Below are positions 58,942 to 64,000 of a stretch of DNA of 64,000 nucleotides, one piece after another. The stretch is from contig JALVYU010000031.1 of NCBI GenBank assembly GCA_027022365.1, positions 430,391-494,390 on the forward strand. The letters run 5' to 3'. A program made the position numbers and the translations under genes. Each line of letters starts with the position of its first letter. The stretch's first letter is position 1. Source of the DNA: Desulfurococcales archaeon (GTDB taxonomy: Archaea > Thermoproteota > Thermoprotei_A > Sulfolobales > Desulfurococcaceae). A model generated the notes under the pieces. That model saw nothing but the letters and a program-made list of their open reading frames with translations, was not told the DNA's origin and did no database searches.

Positions 58942-59709
58942 ATGTTCAAGAAAAAGATCGAGGTACCTATCGGTATTGACCCGATCAACGTCATCGGGGT
59001 TCTCTGTGACAAGGGTTTCGTCTTGTCGAATATGCCCTACGTCGTCGGGAGGAGCGGTGAGGGCATAGCCCTGGAGTTCCGCAGGCTAAGGATCTTCAGG
59101 TTCAGGGATAATTATGAGGTTCTTATTGAGTGCGGGAACGGCTCGGCGAGAATAAGGCTACGGGGATCTAGGAGCACGATCGAGATGATCTACAGTACAC
59201 GTAGTAATGGTCTTGCGGCCGAGGTAACATATGATGGGCCCCGCAAATGGGTTGTCTCCAAATACGTTGTGGAGATCGCTGAGAGCCTAGCCCGAGAAGC
59301 CGAGAGAGAAGCTAGATCCAAGCGGGCCGTAGCCGCGGCGGCCCTGCCCGCCGGTACGGGCTCTGCGGATTATTCAGCCAAGCTCGCGAGTATATCGTGG
59401 GTGACGAAGCTCATAATGAAGTCCGTCCTCATAAAGAACGAGGTGAGGGTTCTCGGTAAGGGGAAGCTACACAGCTATATCGAGGAGCTCCTATCGTCGG
59501 GCGAGAACATCTTTAGGAAGTACCCGGCGATCTACATCTCGGGCGACGGGGACGACGCTAGGTTCAGAATGCTCTTCGTGGGCGGGGAGCTGCGCGGCAT
59601 ATACGCCGTCGTAGGCGATAAGGAGTTCTTCGGCGACGACAAGCCCTTGAACGATGTAAAGGGGCTTGTTAAGCTGAGAGTATACGGTGTCCTCCGTCTA
59701 CCCGACTAG
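58942..59709 (+). CDS. Hypothetical protein (possible START-like N-terminus and DUF2226-like C-terminus)
   Basis: Long ORF; the C-terminal FRMLFVGGELRGIY..FFGD..LRVY pattern recalls DUF2226. Tentative. Confidence 0.6.
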   Translation: MFKKKIEVPIGIDPINVIGVLCDKGFVLSNMPYVVGRSGEGIALEFRRLRIFRFRDNYEVLIECGNGSARIRLRGSRSTIEMIYSTRSNGLAAEVTYDGPRKWVVSKYVVEIAESLAREAEREARSKRAVAAAALPAGTGSADYSAKLASISWVTKLIMKSVLIKNEVRVLGKGKLHSYIEELLSSGENIFRKYPAIYISGDGDDARFRMLFVGGELRGIYAVVGDKEFFGDDKPLNDVKGLVKLRVYGVLRLPD

Positions 59710-59768
59710 TTTTTACACCCCGGCCCCGGTTAAGGGCTATGCATGACTGTCCCGGATGTGATGCCGCT

Positions 59769-60533
59769 ATGAGTCTGCGCATACACAAGCCCTACATCCT
59801 ATACGACGACGGGGATCACAAGTTCGTCTGGCTCGGCCTAGACGAGTCGGAGGCTGAGAAGGGAATACTCGCCAACCAGTACATGGTCGTCGACAGCGGC
59901 CACGGGCTCCTGATCGATCCTGGAGGATACTATGTGTTCCAGCGAGTCCTAGAGAACGTATCGGAGTTCATAGACCCTGCCAGGGTAGACGCGCTGTTCT
60001 TCAGCCACCAGGACCCCGACGTCATCGGTAGCCTCAACATCCTCCTAGACGTCTTCCCCGACGCGACGATCTATATATCAGAGCTATGGGTTAGGTTCAT
60101 CCCCCACCTAGGAGCCCTCGACATAAAGAGGATAAAGCCCATCCCCGACCAGGGAATGGATATTGTTCTGGGCAAGACAACTCTAAAAGCCATACCGGCG
60201 CACTTCCTCCACAGTCCCGGCAACTTCCACCTCTACGACCCGGCTTCGAAAATACTCTTCACAGGAGACCTGGGCGCGGCGGTCTTCCCGCCGAATACAT
60301 GGTACCTCTTCGTCGAAGACTTCGATAGCCACGCCAAGCTGATGGAGGGGTTCCACCGCCGCTACCTCCCCTGCCGCCGCCCACTGGATAAATGGCTAGA
60401 AACAATCAGAGGACTGGATATTAGAATGATCGTCCCACAGCATGGAGCCATAATGGAGGAGGATAAGGCCGAGAAATTCCTGAAATGGCTGGAGGGACTG
60501 GGAGAAATAGGGGTAGAGCACATGGAGAAGTAA
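59769..60533 (+). CDS. Stand-alone metallo-beta-lactamase-fold di-iron protein (ODP / flavodiiron N-domain-like)
   Basis: NQY, IDPGG, SHQDPD, AHFLHSPGNF, LFTGD, FHRRY and PQHG; no flavodoxin domain. Confidence 0.85.
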   Translation: MSLRIHKPYILYDDGDHKFVWLGLDESEAEKGILANQYMVVDSGHGLLIDPGGYYVFQRVLENVSEFIDPARVDALFFSHQDPDVIGSLNILLDVFPDATIYISELWVRFIPHLGALDIKRIKPIPDQGMDIVLGKTTLKAIPAHFLHSPGNFHLYDPASKILFTGDLGAAVFPPNTWYLFVEDFDSHAKLMEGFHRRYLPCRRPLDKWLETIRGLDIRMIVPQHGAIMEEDKAEKFLKWLEGLGEIGVEHMEK

Positions 60534-60633
60534 GCAAAAACTTTTTCTCTACTCACAATATTATCCCCAGCGAACTAATCGGCATCCCTGGGGCTAATGT
60601 TTTTATCCCCCTGTCCCGGTACTATCCGGGGTC

Positions 60634-61671
60634 TCACGGGTATTTGGCCTCTAGTCCCCACGCCCCTATCTTGGCCTTTACTCTGAGGTCTCCCTTCCAC
60701 TCCTGCTTCAGTTTATCGTAGATCTCTTTGACTGCTTCGCGTATGTTAGTATTAGAGTATATTCCATAGCGTTTCAGCACCAATGAGATCTCGAGGACCC
60801 CGTTGCTCCTTACTTTGTACTTGAGTTTTTCAACATACAGGTTGTATTTCTGGATTATCTCGGGTATAGAGCCTAGGAGCCTCCATATACGGGCATCCCT
60901 GCTAAGATCATATGTCTCTGTATACTTCGGCTTCCTGTGGTGTACGGTAATCCTGACCAAACCCCCTGCTCTATCTTCCCCCACGGCTTCTATATAGTAC
61001 TTTATCGTTGCTAAGGCTATGTTTTTGGGCGGCGGTATATCGCTCTCCTCATCGCAAAATACGTCGATCAAGGTTTGTTTCTCGCCGCGCCTAATCGAGA
61101 CATTGACCGCGGGTATGCAGATCAATCCAAGCCTCGTCGCAATATAAACATCGGGTTCTCCAACGGTTCTCGCCGAGTCCTTATCTCTATCCTTCCCCGA
61201 CTCCCACAGCCTTTCAACACTGTCTTGGCCAGGCGTGGCCCCAGCACTTTCTAAAATAGTTCTCCTCAAATCCTCGCTGATGAGTGATTGATCAAAACTA
61301 TAAACCCTGACAATGAAGCTGCTTATCTCGCTGGATGATAGCCTCTTGAGGGAATCTATGGCTTTACTCCCATATATCTTCCTACCCTTTATCTCCCCTA
61401 TACACGCAATGATTTTCCCCCTGTAAAGGAATAGCTCTATCTCGCCGATCTCGTTTTCCCCCGGGCCGACCAGCCTTAGATCAGCATAACAAAGATCATC
61501 ACCACAGACACCCTTTATATATCCCGCCACGTCTTCGCCTGGCCCAAGGGTTCTCAGCGATAATAGACGGCCTTTCAGGACCACCTTGCTTATAAGTAGT
61601 ACGTCATCGAATCTCCGGCTAAGATAATCCATGATACTATGATCTAGGGATGCATGGAAAAGACTATGCAA
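60634..61671 (-). CDS. Hypothetical protein (N-terminal DUF2226-like)
   Basis: 345-aa ORF with the pattern ELFLYRGKIIAC..YG..A...L..VRVY. Family call is tentative. Confidence 0.6.
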   Translation of the reverse strand: MHSLFHASLDHSIMDYLSRRFDDVLLISKVVLKGRLLSLRTLGPGEDVAGYIKGVCGDDLCYADLRLVGPGENEIGEIELFLYRGKIIACIGEIKGRKIYGSKAIDSLKRLSSSEISSFIVRVYSFDQSLISEDLRRTILESAGATPGQDSVERLWESGKDRDKDSARTVGEPDVYIATRLGLICIPAVNVSIRRGEKQTLIDVFCDEESDIPPPKNIALATIKYYIEAVGEDRAGGLVRITVHHRKPKYTETYDLSRDARIWRLLGSIPEIIQKYNLYVEKLKYKVRSNGVLEISLVLKRYGIYSNTNIREAVKEIYDKLKQEWKGDLRVKAKIGAWGLEAKYP

Positions 61672-61874
61672 TAAAAACCCCCGCTCAACTATATATTAGT
61701 TTATATGAATAGATCACTTATTAAGTTATCTATACCTATCCACCCAATATCTCATACCGAGACCAAGATATATGGGGACAAGAACCAGATCTTTCTTTCC
61801 CCACCCATTAAACACCGGTCTTCCCTGCAGAGAGAATACCATCAACTAAGCCGCATTCATCAAATAACGCTGCA

Positions 61875-62123
61875 TCACTCATCCACACAAACCCCCTCTA
61901 ATCTTTTCCTAAATCCCTCAAATCCCTCAAACTCTTCTATATCACCATCCTTTACAAGCTCATACCTAGAACCACATCCAGCCACTAAGAATAATACCTC
62001 GCAAGAAACCATATAGACAGCTACACCCTTAAACACCCTCGCCAGAGCAAGTATATGCCTCAAATCCTTCTCGTTCAGCCTCCTACCCACAGGCTGCAAA
62101 AAACACATCTCACCAACACTCAT
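61875..62123 (-). CDS. Small hypothetical protein
   Basis: 82-aa ATG ORF with an upstream GGGGGAG RBS, just downstream of the array 4 trailer. Confidence 0.5.
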   Translation of the reverse strand: MSVGEMCFLQPVGRRLNEKDLRHILALARVFKGVAVYMVSCEVLFLVAGCGSRYELVKDGDIEEFEGFEGFRKRLEGVCVDE

Positions 62124-62279
62124 AATAATTCAACTCCCCCAGCTAAATAACTCCTTCCACCAAACAATTAATCACATAACTCCCAATAACCACGCACTAA
62201 GCACCAGCCCATAACAACACTAACCTTTATCAATTATCCAGACCATCAGGAAGAACGCCCACACAGATACAAGCATAGC

Positions 62280-63897
62280 CTCTCAATTTTTGTTTATTGT
62301 TTCTATCCCGGTATTACCGCTAACAATAATAAAGAAGCTATGTGAACTCTTTCAATTTTTGTTTATTGTTTCTTGAGGAGATTGAGGAGATTGAGGGGGA
62401 GAAGCGTTTAGCTTTCAATTTTTGTTTATTGTTTCATGATCGGTGGTGTTTGTACATTAACGATTACGTTAGCATTGCTCTTTCAATTTTTGTTTATTGT
62501 TTCCTTTTCAATCGTCCTCAGGATCCGCCGTATCGCACGAAGATCCTTTCAATTTTTGTTTATTGTTTCACCCAACCGTAAAGGTGTACAAAGTACCTGG
62601 ATCAGTATTAACTTTCAATTTTTGTTTATTGTTTCAGCTCACAGCTCTATGATCCCGAGACAAGGGATCGGGCTTTCAATTTTTGTTTATTGTTTCATAA
62701 GTCACATCGGTGTATTTGTCAGAGTAGCTGCTTGGTATTCTTTCAATTTTTGTTTATTGTTTCCCTAAATCCTTCGGGTTGTTTAGCGGTGATGTTATAT
62801 TGACTTTCAATTTTTGTTTATTGTTTCGCGGTAAAAGAGTAGATAAACTGTTTGTTAGTTCTCATAGAGTTACTTTCAATTTTTGTTTATTGTTTCATCG
62901 TTCAGAATTATAGAAGCCCTACTCTGGATACTTTTAGTAGCATCTTTCAATTTTTGTTTATTGTTTCACGTACACGTACGTCGCGCGAGGGCGGAAGCCG
63001 TAGCCCAGCTTTCAATTTTTGTTTATTGTTTCGCTTATCCGTCATGGTTTTGTGTTGAAGTATATGGGCTTGGCTTTCAATTTTTGTTTATTGTTTCGCT
63101 GTATTCTTCATAATATACATACCAGTATGCATACTGATCTTTCAATTTTTGTTTATTGTTTCCCCAGAAAACACACGCAGACTAGCAGAACAGCTAGCAG
63201 AAGCCTTTCAATTTTTGTTTATTGTTTCACTACATGATGACTTCTGGCCCATAAACATGATCAAGTACATCATCTTTCAATTTTTGTTTATTGTTTCGGT
63301 GGTTTATCTTCAAGCTCAGAGAGTATATACATAACAAGTACTTTCAATTTTTGTTTATTGTTTCGACTTGGACTAAGGAAAACCGATTCTTTGTAATGGA
63401 GTTTACTTTCAATTTTTGTTTATTGTTTCGCTCTTTCTCTACCTGTTTTATCCGTGTTATGATGGTTTTCAGCCTTTCAATTTTTGTTTATTGTTTCCCC
63501 GAGATAGGTGTTAGCCGTACCGAGAACCCGTTTAGGCGGCCTTTCAATTTTTGTTTATTGTTTCCTACCTGTTCAAGTACTATCCCATGGAGCCAGCTGA
63601 TATTAAGCTCTTTCAATTTTTGTTTATTGTTTCTCCTAAGGTCTTCCCCTGTTACCGTCTTCTTAGCGTTTATTGCCTTTCAATTTTTGTTTATTGTTTC
63701 CGTGAAGCCACCAGCGTCAATCTGCGTTTCTCCTTTAGGTCTTTCAATTTTTGTTTATTGTTTCTATGATCAAATGAAAAAAAGGAATTATGGGTCATCT
63801 ATATATTCTTTCAATTTTTGTTTATTGTTTCTCTTGAAACACGTGACGGTTGACGAGGGGATCGAGAGCTACGCTTTCAATTTTTGTTTATTGTTTC
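62280..63897 (-). CRISPR. CRISPR array 4: 25 repeats (family A, same as array 3), 24 spacers of 37-47 nt
   Basis: CTTTCAATTTTTGTTTATTGTTTC on + from 62349 to 63874, and a degenerate terminal copy at 62280. Confidence 0.98.
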
Positions 63898-64000
63898 TGT
63901 TTTTGGTTGTTTCTTTGGTTGTTTATGTGTTTGTTATTGTTTTTAGGTTTGTCGGTTCGGGTTTCCGGATTCTCCATGAAGCTCATGGGGATCTCGGGTA
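63898..64000 (-). promoter_or_regulatory. Leader of CRISPR array 4 (runs off the window)
   Basis: Exact reverse complement of 25912-26014. Confidence 0.9.

Noticed and set aside
59769-60533. MBL-fold gene near array 4 as a type VII beta-CASP effector
   Set aside because: It has SHQDPD/ODP-type motifs, is only about 255 aa with no beta-CASP domain, and has no adjacent cas7/cas5.
62373-62411. Spacer TTGAGGAGATTGAGGAGATTGAGG resembling the 82-aa ORF (self-targeting?)
   Set aside because: Only low-complexity similarity (about 15/24). No convincing self-targeting spacer was seen by eye, and an exhaustive search was not possible.
62342-63769. ORFs over arrays 3 and 4 (FQFLFIVS, LSIFVYCF, FNFCLLF repeats)
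   Set aside because: These are translations of CRISPR repeats, not genes; the same applies to 25901-26751, 2525-2728 and 6503-6730.
1-64000. tRNA, rRNA, transposase or integrase genes
   Set aside because: None recognised in the sequence or ORF track.

Overview
A 64-kb chromosomal window from a hyperthermophilic archaeon, probably Thermoproteota/Desulfurococcales-like (inferred from gene content, repeat type and promoter style). It has three parts. (1) 1-9.5 kb: the tail of a Csx1-like HEPN gene and an APE2256/SSO1393-like CARF gene. Next comes a symmetric cassette, mini-array <- leader/promoter -> cas6 -><- cas5d, cas3'-cas7d in-frame fusion <- leader/promoter -> mini-array, which is a collapsed type I-D locus with about 50-nt spacers. 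A GT4 / methyltransferase / sulfotransferase trio follows it. (2) 10-25 kb: transport and thiamine genes, with a repeated GTTAT-N10-ATAAC operator-like motif, a broken surface-protein gene and a frameshifted membrane-HEPN gene. (3) 26-64 kb: two convergent CRISPR arrays (13 and 25 repeats, identical leaders). Between them lie a complete type I-A interference operon, VapBC modules, a DUF2400-FeS-PD-(D/E)xK fusion, and a 16-kb Mrp antiporter-CooF-CooS-group 4 [NiFe] hydrogenase operon. The CooS lacks several canonical active-site residues. No cas1/cas2/cas4, tRNA or rRNA is seen. All assignments come from reading motifs by eye; no searches were run.
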